Below, one piece after another: positions 1 through 8,840 of a stretch of 64,000 nucleotides of DNA. The stretch lies in sequence record NC_019410.1; one strand, 5' to 3'. Below the pieces are notes generated by a model, which was not told the DNA's origin, searched no databases, and was given only the letters and a program-made list of their open reading frames with translations. Positions within the stretch are counted from its first letter, which is position 1. Each line of letters begins with the position of its first letter. The position numbers were made by a program, and so were the translations under genes.

Positions 1-162
1 GCGGTACATCCCCTGCTTCCAGAGGTTGGCTTCGTCGTCCATCGCGTGGCTCGACTTGTTGTACTCGGGATCGGGCTCGAACCCGAGCCGGCGGATGCCC
101 TCGTCGAAATCGGCCAGGACGCCGTCCATGTCGAGATAGATGGCGAAGTTCTTCAGGTTCAT
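1..162 (-). CDS. HAD-family 5'(3')-deoxyribonucleotidase-like protein (runs off window start)
   Basis: Manual translation MNLKNFAIYLDMDGVLADFDEGIRR; HAD motif I DxDGVLxDF; GGAG RBS upstream of ATG 162. Confidence 0.75.
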   Translation of the reverse strand, partial: MNLKNFAIYLDMDGVLADFDEGIRRLGFEPDPEYNKSSHAMDDEANLWKQGMYR

Positions 163-164
163 GG

Positions 165-365
165 TCACTCCGGAAATTGCGCGTGCAGCCCCATGGCGAT
201 GCGCGCCAGTTCGTAGGCGGTCTTGGTCTCCAACTCGCGGGTCGGCGTGCGCTCGATCTTGAGTTGGTCGCTCATCATGTGGATGGCGTGGATGATGTCG
301 CTCTTGCGCCTCTTCTCGTAGTAGCGGTGCGACGCGGTGGCGCGGATTTCGACGATCGCCATCAC
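165..365 (-). CDS. hypothetical protein (66 aa)
   Basis: ORF track; coupled to neighbours. Confidence 0.65.
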   Translation of the reverse strand: MMAIVEIRATASHRYYEKRRKSDIIHAIHMMSDQLKIERTPTRELETKTAYELARIAMGLHAQFPE

Positions 366-724
366 AGGGCTCCCGCGCAGGCCAGAGCCATCGCCCAGCC
401 GCGCTCGGTCGGCTCGAAGCGGGCGATTGGCCCCTTGACGTTCGGATCGTCGGAGAAATGCGGGTCGAGCCAGCCCTTGTTGGCGTGGATCACCTCGTCG
501 AGCGAGCGCGCCTCATAGACCAGGATTTTGCGGCCCTCGTAGTTGAGGGCGTCGGGGTACATGATCTCGACCACCGTGCAGCGGCCGACCTCCTGGCCCC
601 GGATGAGCCTCCAGCGCGCCGGGTCGGGATCGCCCGGCGTCAGCGTCACGGGAGACTGCCCGCCGGAGAAAAGCCGCATCTTGCTGGGCTCACGCGCCGA
701 GCGTCCGGTCGAGAACAATCGCAT
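362..724 (-). CDS. hypothetical protein (~120 aa)
   Basis: ORF 362..811 trimmed to ATG 724, just after upstream stop at 732. Confidence 0.65.
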   Translation of the reverse strand: MRLFSTGRSAREPSKMRLFSGGQSPVTLTPGDPDPARWRLIRGQEVGRCTVVEIMYPDALNYEGRKILVYEARSLDEVIHANKGWLDPHFSDDPNVKGPIARFEPTERGWAMALACAGAL

Positions 725-731
725 CCCCACC

Positions 732-1118
732 CTAGTCTCCCAGGCCCTGCATGGCGTTGTCGCGACTGTCCTCGGCGTCGGGCCGAGACGCCAGGGCCGC
801 CAGAAGGTCAACCGAGAGGTGGCGGTTGTAGATCGCCACGCCCTTATACTTGAAAAGCTCGCTGGCTTCGTGGATCAGAGCCCGCTCAACCGCCGCCCAG
901 GCCGTCTGGACGATCTCGGTGTCGGTGGCGTAGTAGGAGAGCTTCCACTTGCGCCCCTTCCACATCTCCGGCTCGCCGGTGACGGTGTTGACCCCGTCCT
1001 TGCAGACGATCTGGAGCCAGACCTCGGTGCGGCTGGTCCCGAGTCGGAACTCGAAGCCAGGATAGCTCAGGCGGTCGACGATGGTGCGGATCGATTGGGC
1101 GCTGCGACGATTCGCCAT
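732..1118 (-). CDS. hypothetical protein (128 aa)
   Basis: ORF track; protein-like composition; operon packing. Confidence 0.7.
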   Translation of the reverse strand: MANRRSAQSIRTIVDRLSYPGFEFRLGTSRTEVWLQIVCKDGVNTVTGEPEMWKGRKWKLSYYATDTEIVQTAWAAVERALIHEASELFKYKGVAIYNRHLSVDLLAALASRPDAEDSRDNAMQGLGD

Positions 1119-1120
1119 GC

Positions 1121-1582
1121 TCAGGGCCTCGACTTGATCAGCTTCTTCTTGCGTCGGGGCGGGCGCGGCGCGAGCGGGAAGCCGTGATCCGCGTACACGG
1201 GTTCGGGCGGCGGGGCGGGGAGGTCCGCCGGGCGTTCTAGGCTAAAGGCGTCCGCGTCGAGGTCGTAGATCGACACCCGATCGCTGTAGCCGTAGCGGTT
1301 GTCATGGTAGGTGATCCCGACGTCTCCCAGGCTGGAGACCATGATCACCCGGCAGGCCTTGCCCTTGTAGCGGCCGTAGAGCTTCGGCATGAAGCCGGCC
1401 TCCTCGATCGCCAGGGTCTCGGTGGCGTTGCCGGCGTTCAGCGCCAGGAAGCCCCGCACGATGGCCGGCAGCTTGTAGTCGCAGATCGCGCGGCTGTTGC
1501 TGACCTCGTAGGGCATGCCGATCTTGCCCTCCATCAGGGCGCCCAGGACCTCGGCGTCGCTCAGGGTTTCAGTCTCGGCCAT
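1121..1582 (-). CDS. hypothetical protein (153 aa), basic C-terminal tail
   Basis: ORF track; operon packing. Confidence 0.7.
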   Translation of the reverse strand: MAETETLSDAEVLGALMEGKIGMPYEVSNSRAICDYKLPAIVRGFLALNAGNATETLAIEEAGFMPKLYGRYKGKACRVIMVSSLGDVGITYHDNRYGYSDRVSIYDLDADAFSLERPADLPAPPPEPVYADHGFPLAPRPPRRKKKLIKSRP

Positions 1583-1838
1583 AGGTGATCCTGTACGGGA
1601 GCCCGCCGACGCAGATTTTCCCGCGTCGGCCGTCGGCGGTGGTGAAGCGGAAGCCCTGGCGGTTCTTGGTGCCGGCGCAGGACCACCATGCGCGGTGGAA
1701 GCTGACGACCTCGGCGCCGGTGGCGCGCTCGACCAGATGTCGAGCGTGACGCCCCTCCCAGGTGTAGGCCCAGACCCCGATGGCGAAGAAGACCAGAGTC
1801 AGGGAGCCATAGACGGCCCCTTTGACATAGTCCTCCAT
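1569..1838 (-). CDS. small membrane-anchored hypothetical protein (89 aa)
   Basis: N-terminal hydrophobic helix GAVYGSLTLVFFAIGVWAY. Confidence 0.7.
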   Translation of the reverse strand: MEDYVKGAVYGSLTLVFFAIGVWAYTWEGRHARHLVERATGAEVVSFHRAWWSCAGTKNRQGFRFTTADGRRGKICVGGLPYRITYGRD

Positions 1839-2215
1839 CAGGCCGCCACGAGCCCGGTGATCACGTCGGTGACGATGCGGCGTTTCTCGGCCGGCATGCC
1901 CGCCAGCGCCAGGATCGTCTTGGCGCCGATCTCGGCGACGGCGGTCTCGACGTCGGCCCGGCCGTCGGTCAGGAACGCCGGATCGTCGACCGGCGGATAG
2001 AAGTGCCCGATGTCCTTCTTCAGGAACTGGGCCGCCTCGTAGAGCTTCGAGGACGAGATGCGGTTGTGCCCGCGCTCGTATTTCTGGACCTGCTGGAAGG
2101 TCACGCCGATCGCCTCGGCGAGTTGGCCTTGCGAGAAGCCGGCCGTCTTGCGGGTGTCGCGCAACTTGCGCCCCACATAGACGTCGACGGGGTGCGGGGT
2201 CTTGTCGTCAGCCAT
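1838..2215 (-). CDS. XRE/HTH_3 transcriptional regulator (alphaproteobacterial type, 125 aa)
   Basis: PHPVDVYVGRKLR...SQGQLAEAIGVTFQQVQKYERGHNRISSSKLYEAA; start trimmed to ATG 2215. Confidence 0.9.
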   Translation of the reverse strand: MADDKTPHPVDVYVGRKLRDTRKTAGFSQGQLAEAIGVTFQQVQKYERGHNRISSSKLYEAAQFLKKDIGHFYPPVDDPAFLTDGRADVETAVAEIGAKTILALAGMPAEKRRIVTDVITGLVAA

Positions 2216-3194
2216 GAGCGGCTTCCTCCTTCTGCTTCTTGGACCGCAGGTCGCGGCGGTGCTTAAAGGCCGCGCGCAGGGCCTGGGTGGTGTCGTCGTG
2301 CATGCCCAGGTCCGCCCCATCGGGCGCGACCACGCTGTTCTGGAGACCGAACCGATAGCCCTCGGCCGTCAGTTCATAGACCGCCTGCTCCTCGTGCATC
2401 TGGGCGAGGTGGCGATAATATTCGGCCAGCGCCAGTTCGTAGTCGCCCAGGAAAAGGCGCGCGTTGCGCTCGACGCCGGCGACCTCGGCGCGGAAGGTCA
2501 GCAGGAACCGCCCAGGCCCGACATGCGTCAGCTTGTAGCCGTGTTCGGCCAGCACCTCGTCGACGGTCTTGGTGACCGTGTAGATATGGAAGGTGTAGAC
2601 GGCTTCGATGTGGGTGTCGTCGTAGAGATACTCGGACCGGTTTTGATGCTCGCCGATGTAGGGACCCCACTTGTGGTAGCGCCAGCCGCCGGACGCGGGC
2701 TGGTGCTCACGCCGGACTTCCACCATCGAGATGAAGTAGGGCGTGTCCGGATCGTCGATCAGGTCGGGGATGCAGGCGAGAAGCTGCTCGGGGCTGTCGC
2801 AGACGCCGTAGCTTTCGACCAGATAGGGGATGCGCCTATAGCCCTCGGGGACCGGCGGGACCTCGTCCAGGTACTCGGTGTCGAGCACCTCGATCTTGTA
2901 CTTGTCGTGGAGCAGGTTGATCCGCGCCCAGCGGCGGTCTCCGTCGGCCTTGATCCAGGCCCGGACCGCAGCGCTGCGCTCCTCCTCGGTCTGCCCGCGT
3001 TCGTGGGGCGGACCCCACTTGCTGTCACGGTCCTCGATCTTTTCGACGATCTCGTACTCGGGATTCCAGGAGCCCATCGAGTAGACGCCCTGGTGGAGGC
3101 GAATGGGCTTGCGGGCGCGGTTGTTCATTTCCGCGATCATCTTGGCGATCGGGTCGACTTCCGAGGCGGGGCGCAGGGTGATGTCGTAGAGCAT
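2208..3194 (-). CDS. hypothetical protein (~328 aa)
   Basis: ORF 2208..3293 trimmed to ATG 3194 overlapping upstream TGA. Confidence 0.7.
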   Translation of the reverse strand: MLYDITLRPASEVDPIAKMIAEMNNRARKPIRLHQGVYSMGSWNPEYEIVEKIEDRDSKWGPPHERGQTEEERSAAVRAWIKADGDRRWARINLLHDKYKIEVLDTEYLDEVPPVPEGYRRIPYLVESYGVCDSPEQLLACIPDLIDDPDTPYFISMVEVRREHQPASGGWRYHKWGPYIGEHQNRSEYLYDDTHIEAVYTFHIYTVTKTVDEVLAEHGYKLTHVGPGRFLLTFRAEVAGVERNARLFLGDYELALAEYYRHLAQMHEEQAVYELTAEGYRFGLQNSVVAPDGADLGMHDDTTQALRAAFKHRRDLRSKKQKEEAAHG

Positions 3195-3475
3195 CAGGCG
3201 GCGCCCTGGGCGATTTCGTAGGTGATCTTCGAGACGCCGATGTCGACCACGAACCGGTCGGGCGAGCCGTCGAACACGTAGTTGGCCTGACACCCAATCG
3301 GCATCATCTTGCCGTTGTCCATCCAGATCGCGTCCGGAGTGGCCTCGACCACGCCGCGCACCTGGGCCTGAGCCGGAGAAGGTTGCATCTCCACGCCGCC
3401 CACGGTGATCGCCACGGCCGCGAGACGCGCGCCCGGCTGGTTCAACTTGGCGATCAGGTCCTGGATCGAGTTCAC
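3194..3475 (-). CDS. hypothetical protein (~93 aa)
   Basis: GTG 3475 preceded by AGAAGGAGG RBS and promoter. Confidence 0.7.
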   Translation of the reverse strand: MNSIQDLIAKLNQPGARLAAVAITVGGVEMQPSPAQAQVRGVVEATPDAIWMDNGKMMPIGCQANYVFDGSPDRFVVDIGVSKITYEIAQGAA

Positions 3476-3480
3476 GCGGC

Positions 3481-3548
3481 CTCCTTCTGTCGTTGTGTCG
3501 ACATAAGCTCTAGCCGTGGTTTTCCGGCCTGTCAACACACAACCGCCA
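3481..3548 (-). promoter_or_regulatory. phage promoter cassette (TGGC / TTGACA / TAGAGC / CGACACAAC / RBS)
   Basis: Minus strand TGGC-N9-TTGACA(3535-3530)-N17-TAGAGC-N6-CGACACAAC...GAAGGAGG. Confidence 0.8.
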
Positions 3549-3553
3549 AGGGT

Positions 3554-3586
3554 CAAAAGAAAACCGCCGCCCCGAAGGACGGCGGT
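3554..3586 (-). terminator. Rho-independent terminator
   Basis: ACCGCCGTCC-TTCG-GGGCGGCGGT followed by TTTCTTTT on minus strand. Confidence 0.85.
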
Positions 3587-3612
3587 CATGACAGAGCATG
3601 TCAGGAGGGACG

Positions 3613-5736
3613 TCAGACGTCCAGAGCGAAGGCCGGCGGGGAGACGTCCGGCTTCTGAATGATGAATCCCCGATCCAAGAGGGGCGGGAAGACCTGCTTG
3701 AGCACGCCGGCCGCGACCCCGGCTTCCTCGGCGATTTCGGCGAACGTGAAGGCCTCGCGCTGGCCGGCGCTGGCGACAAACAGATCGTTGAGCGCCAGGA
3801 TCACCGCGCCCGCCGGACTGATCTCGTAGGCCATGTCGAAATTCGGGTCTTCTGACAGCCGCAGCAGGCCTTCCGCCTCCAGGTTCGCGATGAGCGCCTT
3901 GAGTTGGTCAACCTTGACCGCGCCAAGATGGGTTTGGATTTCCCAGGGCGCCGCCGGCTCCTCGGCGCGCACGGCTTGCAGCGTCGCGATCAAGGCGATC
4001 GCCGGCATGGCCCGCACGATCATCTCGTCGCCAACCGTCAGGTCCGGGGCGTTGACCAGCAGGTCATTGATCACCGCGTCGCCGTGGGTCTCGACATAGG
4101 TCCGCAGCCGCTTGAGGGCGACCAGGAAATCGTCCTTGGTGATCGGCTCGATGCGGAAGGTCAGGAGCGGGTCGGTCGGAATCTCCGAGAAGTAGGCCCG
4201 ACCCCGGTGGCTCCAGCCCTCGACCACATGCAGGAAGAGATCGATCGGCATGGCGACGGCGCCAAAGCCCAGTCGCGCATCGTCCGTCGCCTCCTCGACC
4301 TGCGCCAAGGCGTTGTCGATCGCTTCGAGCGTGAAGCCCCCGACAAGGCCGTTTTCCGCCGCGTCCAGCACGTTGGCCGCTTCTTCGGTGCCGAGCCCTT
4401 CGACGACCATTTCCGAGGCCTCCTGAGCCGTTTCCTGCGGCAGGGCGTCGGCGAGCTTGCTCATCGCCTCGGCGACGCCGCTCGTGTCGAGTTCCAGCTT
4501 CAGGGCCAGCTTCTCGGGACGCGCCGAGTAGGGCACGCCCTGGATCACCACGGCGCCCAGGTCGCCGACGACGCGCTTGGTCACTTCCAGATAGGCGTAG
4601 CGCGAGGCGGCGTTGAGCAGCGACAGCCGTTCGAAGACGATCTGCTGCTCCTGCTCGCGCGACAGGATGCCCGTCTCCAGGATGAATAGCGGCTCGGAGC
4701 CATCCAGCGGGGGCTTGGCCTCGCCGTCGTCTTCCGGAAGGTCCTCGTCGAAATCGGCGCCGCTGATCGGCTCGCTCTCCGGCGGGGTGAAGCGGATGCC
4801 CGGCTCGCGGGGCGGTTCGGCGGGAGTGGCGTCGTCGAGAGGCATGTCGGTCCTTTGAGGCTTGGAGGTGATGAAGAGCGTGGTGAGATCGACGTCCCAG
4901 ACCCCGCGCCCGTCGGTGAAGAGCGCCATGAAGGTCCCCAGGCGCGCATCCCAGCGGATGGTCTGGATCACGCCGTTGACGTCGCCATAGACGCCGGTCG
5001 CCCCCACGAGTTCATCGCGCAGGACCTCCGCATGGTCGTGGCACTCACCAAGCGTCGCCGGACGCACGGCGTGGAACGGGTATTGCTGATAGGCGCCCGG
5101 CGGCGAGACGAGGCGGACATTGACGTAGAGCGGCCCCAGATGGGTGTGGGCGTCGCGCAGGAAGCCGACCACGGTCTCCCCGTCGTTCTGGGTCGCCACC
5201 ACGGGCATGCCGGCGCAGTTAGCCGTCAGGACCGCCGGATAGTCCTGGGGATAGGCCACGGCGTACAGGTGGAGATGATCACCCCGGCGCTGGGCCTTCC
5301 AGTCGGCGACACACCAAGCCGCCACCCGCGTGGCCCCGAACTCCGGCGTCTCCTCGATCAAGACGCCGCCGTCCGGAAGGTCCGCCTGCCCGACGTAAGG
5401 AACGACCTCGCTATGGCTGACGCTCCAGGCGGGCTTGGGAAATTGCGGGGTGATCATGAGCTTCTCGGTGAAGGTGAGATTGATGGCGTCGGCGTAGTGA
5501 ACATACGGGCCGACCGGGGTGGTCCATGGCGGATCACCCTTGCGGATGTCCGACAGCGGCACCGCGACGTGCCTGCCGTTGGGCTGGACGATGTCGGCCA
5601 GGATGCGCGGCGGCTGGTGCATCAGGGTCACGACGTGCCCCTCGCCCGCCTCGAAGGTGCGGCTCTTGGGCCACCAGACCTTGGACCCGGTCCAGTGGAT
5701 CGACTGGATGACGAGGTCTTGTTCGGTCCCGATCAT
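3613..5736 (-). CDS. large hypothetical protein (707 aa) with probable C-terminal winged-helix domains
   Basis: ORF track; C-terminal KALIANLEAEGLLRL...YEISPAG and FTFAEIAEEAGV...LLDRGFIIQ. Confidence 0.75.
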   Translation of the reverse strand: MIGTEQDLVIQSIHWTGSKVWWPKSRTFEAGEGHVVTLMHQPPRILADIVQPNGRHVAVPLSDIRKGDPPWTTPVGPYVHYADAINLTFTEKLMITPQFPKPAWSVSHSEVVPYVGQADLPDGGVLIEETPEFGATRVAAWCVADWKAQRRGDHLHLYAVAYPQDYPAVLTANCAGMPVVATQNDGETVVGFLRDAHTHLGPLYVNVRLVSPPGAYQQYPFHAVRPATLGECHDHAEVLRDELVGATGVYGDVNGVIQTIRWDARLGTFMALFTDGRGVWDVDLTTLFITSKPQRTDMPLDDATPAEPPREPGIRFTPPESEPISGADFDEDLPEDDGEAKPPLDGSEPLFILETGILSREQEQQIVFERLSLLNAASRYAYLEVTKRVVGDLGAVVIQGVPYSARPEKLALKLELDTSGVAEAMSKLADALPQETAQEASEMVVEGLGTEEAANVLDAAENGLVGGFTLEAIDNALAQVEEATDDARLGFGAVAMPIDLFLHVVEGWSHRGRAYFSEIPTDPLLTFRIEPITKDDFLVALKRLRTYVETHGDAVINDLLVNAPDLTVGDEMIVRAMPAIALIATLQAVRAEEPAAPWEIQTHLGAVKVDQLKALIANLEAEGLLRLSEDPNFDMAYEISPAGAVILALNDLFVASAGQREAFTFAEIAEEAGVAAGVLKQVFPPLLDRGFIIQKPDVSPPAFALDV

Positions 5737-6158
5737 GCGGACGCCGCCGCGCCGGCCGGCGTCAAGCCGTAGATGGTGGGGCCTCGCGGCGACTTTCCGA
5801 GCGCGACCACTTCCAGATAGCCCATATTGTTCAAAGCCTTGGCTGTTTCATGATCGGGGTGATCGTTGAAGACGTTGAGGCGCCCGCCCTCGCCCATCGC
5901 CTGGGCGGCGCGCAGAAGACTCGCCTCGGCTTCGGTCAGGGTGACCAGGGCGACGTCCTCCAGCGCCACGTCGATCACGCAGGTCTGACCCTGATGAACG
6001 AACTCGATGATCGCCAGCCGGCGATAGGTCCCCGGCAGGACCGCGAGACAGACGCCTCGGACCTCGACCTTCTGGCGGGCGGTGATCGGGAGATAGAGGC
6101 TCGTCTTGACGGCCTTGCCCTTGAGGGACAGATGCTCGTGCGTCGCCAGCGGGATCAT
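5733..6158 (-). CDS. hypothetical protein (141 aa), wHTH-like C-terminus
   Basis: AKALNNMGYLEV...IYGLTPAG; ATGA coupling. Confidence 0.7.
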   Translation of the reverse strand: MIPLATHEHLSLKGKAVKTSLYLPITARQKVEVRGVCLAVLPGTYRRLAIIEFVHQGQTCVIDVALEDVALVTLTEAEASLLRAAQAMGEGGRLNVFNDHPDHETAKALNNMGYLEVVALGKSPRGPTIYGLTPAGAAASA

Positions 6159-6400
6159 GGCTCGACCTTCCGGACAGTGTAGGAGAATTCGTCGTGGACG
6201 CGACCGTCGAAACTAGCCTCGTAGCCGGGGCCGAGTTCGGCCAGGATGCGCGCCTCGATCTCGGCGAAGTCGATTTTCGCCATCGCCTGTTCGGCCGCCC
6301 GCATCTGCTGGAGGAAGCCGTCCTTGATCTGGCGCCCCGCCTCGGTGCGGATCGGGATGTTCTGGATCGGCGGCTCGGATTTCGACAGACGCTCGCCCAT
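6155..6400 (-). CDS. hypothetical protein (81 aa)
   Basis: ORF track; coupled. Confidence 0.65.
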   Translation of the reverse strand: MGERLSKSEPPIQNIPIRTEAGRQIKDGFLQQMRAAEQAMAKIDFAEIEARILAELGPGYEASFDGRVHDEFSYTVRKVEP

Positions 6401-6948
6401 CAGGCCCTCCGGCGATAGACCCGCACCGGGCGGGTGGGGAGGCGTTTCTCAGGCGGCTTATAGGCGACCAGGGCATGGCTGATGCAGTAGACGCCTGCCT
6501 CGGCGCGGCACCCGCAATGGCCAAAGTCCGGCGAGTTCGGGTCGCCATAGGGCCAGCGGCACATTCCGCGCTTGAGTTCGGCCGTCGCGAACAGCCGCGC
6601 CGGGCGCGGCGGGATGACCGCCGTCCCTTCAGGGACCAGGGCGAGCTTGGGCTTGGCCGGCGGAGCGGGCTTTTCGACCTTCTTGGGCTTGCGCGCCGTG
6701 GCCTTCTTGACCTTGCGGACCTGGATGCCCAGGCCGCGCGTCTTCTTGCGGCGGGCGGTCGGAGGCGGAACCTTCTCGCCCAGTTCGCCGGCGGCCTTCA
6801 GTCGGTCGGCCTTGCCGCAGACGGCGCTCTTGGTGCGCGGCACGCTCAGGCGCTGACCGATCTCCTTGGTCCCGACCGGCTCCGCCCAGAGCTTCTTGAG
6901 CAGGGCGATGTCCTCGTCCGGCCAGTCGGAATTCCGCTTCTTCACCAC
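6400..6948 (-). CDS. gcrA: GcrA cell-cycle regulator homologue (182 aa)
   Basis: N-term WPDEDIALLKKLWAE...EIGQRL...SAVCGKADRL and C-term CRWPYGDPNSPDFGHCG...YCISHALVAY match the two GcrA domains. Confidence 0.9.
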   Translation of the reverse strand: MVKKRNSDWPDEDIALLKKLWAEPVGTKEIGQRLSVPRTKSAVCGKADRLKAAGELGEKVPPPTARRKKTRGLGIQVRKVKKATARKPKKVEKPAPPAKPKLALVPEGTAVIPPRPARLFATAELKRGMCRWPYGDPNSPDFGHCGCRAEAGVYCISHALVAYKPPEKRLPTRPVRVYRRRA

Positions 6949-7170
6949 GCTTGCACTACTCCTTGATCTCGACGCTCTTGGGCGGATTGGGATGAGGAAC
7001 GAAGACCAGGGCCACGTCCTGACCGCCGGTATAGCGCGTGCGTCGGCTATAGAGCCAGCCGCCTTCCACCGCCAACCGCTCGGTCACCTGACCATCGGCT
7101 TCGTCGATCTTTTCCCACTTGGACTTCTTAGCCATCTTCCCCTCGAATTTGGCGGCACCCTAGAGGAGCG

Positions 7171-7219
7171 TTCGAGTGTTGACAAGCACCAATGTCGCTG
7201 GCTTTCGAGTGTTGACAAG
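7171..7219 (+). repeat. 16-bp direct repeat TTCGAGTGTTGACAAG x2
   Basis: Copies at 7171-7186 and 7204-7219, each with TTGACA. Confidence 0.85.
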
Positions 7220-7265
7220 TCCGGTGCTCGTCTATAGGGGAGACCGGGACGACAACGAAAGGAGC
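7199..7265 (+). promoter_or_regulatory. phage promoter cassette
   Basis: TGGC-N9-TTGACA(7212)-N17-TAGGGG-N6-GGACGACAAC-GAAAGGAG. Confidence 0.8.
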
Positions 7266-7270
7266 CTGCC

Positions 7271-7579
7271 ATGCGCTATGTGCTCGACTATGCCGACGAC
7301 CGGGACAACCCGGTCTATACCGATTTCCAGGCCGGCGACCGCAAGGCGGCCATCGCCAAGGCCAAGCGCCTGCTCGCCAAGGCGATCAAGACCGTCGATT
7401 TCTCGCTCCACGGGGCCTACATCTTCGTCGATCCGACGGGCGTCGCCCGCGACGTCGACGACATGATCCCGTTCGGCATGCTGAGCACGATGGCCTACGC
7501 CAGCATCGTCACCCCGTCGATGATCTCGTTCGACGACCGCGACGCCAAGGCGGCGATCGCCGCGAGGCTCGCCCAATGA
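7271..7579 (+). CDS. hypothetical protein (102 aa)
   Basis: AAAGGAG RBS; first gene after promoter. Confidence 0.75.
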   Translation: MRYVLDYADDRDNPVYTDFQAGDRKAAIAKAKRLLAKAIKTVDFSLHGAYIFVDPTGVARDVDDMIPFGMLSTMAYASIVTPSMISFDDRDAKAAIAARLAQ

Positions 7580-7788
7580 TGGATCGTCAGGACGTCCAGC
7601 CCGGCTTCATCTATCGCGGCGGCAAGAACGGAACCCTGCGTCAGATCGTGAGCTATGGGGCGACCGAGGATTTCGTCTGCTGGGCCAATCCCCACGACCG
7701 CCTGCCCTACGGCGGCTTCATCTCCACCATCTGCACGTCCAGGACGTCGTTCGCCCGCTGGGCCGACAAGATCGAGGAAGAGGTCTGA
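7576..7788 (+). CDS. hypothetical protein (70 aa)
   Basis: ATGA coupling. Confidence 0.7.
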   Translation: MMDRQDVQPGFIYRGGKNGTLRQIVSYGATEDFVCWANPHDRLPYGGFISTICTSRTSFARWADKIEEEV

Positions 7789-8069
7789 TGCTGTACAGCA
7801 TGATCACGGGCGACTCTCCCGAAGACGAATTCGCCGACTATGAGTTCGCCAACGGGACCCAGGTCCACAATTCTCAAGCCGAGGACGATGGAACCTTCCG
7901 TCGCATGATCACCACGCCCAAGGGGATCAACGTCACCTTCTGGAACGTGATGCCCGTCGAGATCGTGGGCGAGGTCGCGGCCGAACTCGATCGGGTCGCG
8001 GCGGTCAACTTCGAGCAGGGCAAGCGTGCGAAGGCAGGTGAAATCATTCGCGTGTTGGGGCTCGGATGA
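7788..8069 (+). CDS. hypothetical protein (93 aa)
   Basis: TGATG coupling. Confidence 0.7.
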   Translation: MLYSMITGDSPEDEFADYEFANGTQVHNSQAEDDGTFRRMITTPKGINVTFWNVMPVEIVGEVAAELDRVAAVNFEQGKRAKAGEIIRVLGLG

Positions 8070-8338
8070 ACACCTTCTTCCTTCGGCAGACCAAACGGGA
8101 CGAGCAGGGTCGACGCTACTTTGAGTTCGTCGATCCTGACCTGACCCAGCGCCTCTATGTCCGCAAGCCGCCGGACGACTGGTCCGAGGGCTTCCCGATC
8201 GTCCTGGAGGACTTCGTCGATGGCAAGCCCGCCGGCTCCATCATCTGCCCGGCCGGGAAGAAGCGGGGGCATGGCTTCGCGGCCTTCTTCAAGGCCAACC
8301 CTAAGGATTTCCGCAAGCTCAAGAAAGGTCGCCTATGA
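8066..8338 (+). CDS. hypothetical protein (90 aa)
   Basis: ATGA coupling. Confidence 0.7.
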   Translation: MNTFFLRQTKRDEQGRRYFEFVDPDLTQRLYVRKPPDDWSEGFPIVLEDFVDGKPAGSIICPAGKKRGHGFAAFFKANPKDFRKLKKGRL

Positions 8339-8592
8339 GGATTCCCCAGCCCGTCGAGTTCACCGTGGCCGACCTCATCGCCCACCTTGCGACCCTGCCC
8401 CAGGACGCCAAGGTCGGCGTGCGCGGCGGGTTCGGGGGCTTCCGGCCGCTCGACGAGATCGCCCCGATCGAACTCGTCACCTTCTACGGCGAGACCGACG
8501 TCGACCGCATGACGCTGGCGACCGCCGACCCCATCGCCATCAACTGGAAGGGCAAGCGCGGCGAGCCCTTCACGGCCATCATTCTCGACTAG
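8335..8592 (+). CDS. hypothetical protein (85 aa)
   Basis: ATGA coupling; TVADLIAHLATLPQDAKV. Confidence 0.7.
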   Translation: MRIPQPVEFTVADLIAHLATLPQDAKVGVRGGFGGFRPLDEIAPIELVTFYGETDVDRMTLATADPIAINWKGKRGEPFTAIILD

Positions 8593-8600
8593 GAGGACCC

Positions 8601-8840
8601 ATGACCAACCGTGTCTGGATTGAACTCGAACCGTCCGCGTCCGAGGGCCACGCCCGCGCCGCCGCCGCGTCGGCCATGCTGAAGCGCCTGGGTGTCGACG
8701 TCGGCGTCCACAAGCCGGTGTTCTGGCACGAGCGCAATGAGCGCTACTGCTTCACGCTCGACGCCTCGGGCGTCTACGTCGAGGCCGAGGACCACGGCCA
8801 CTGGTACAACCTCGATTTCCTGGCGGGCGCCGATGTCTGA
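8601..8840 (+). CDS. hypothetical protein (79 aa)
   Basis: AGGAGG RBS before ATG 8601 within ORF 8157..8840. Confidence 0.7.
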   Translation: MTNRVWIELEPSASEGHARAAAASAMLKRLGVDVGVHKPVFWHERNERYCFTLDASGVYVEAEDHGHWYNLDFLAGADV

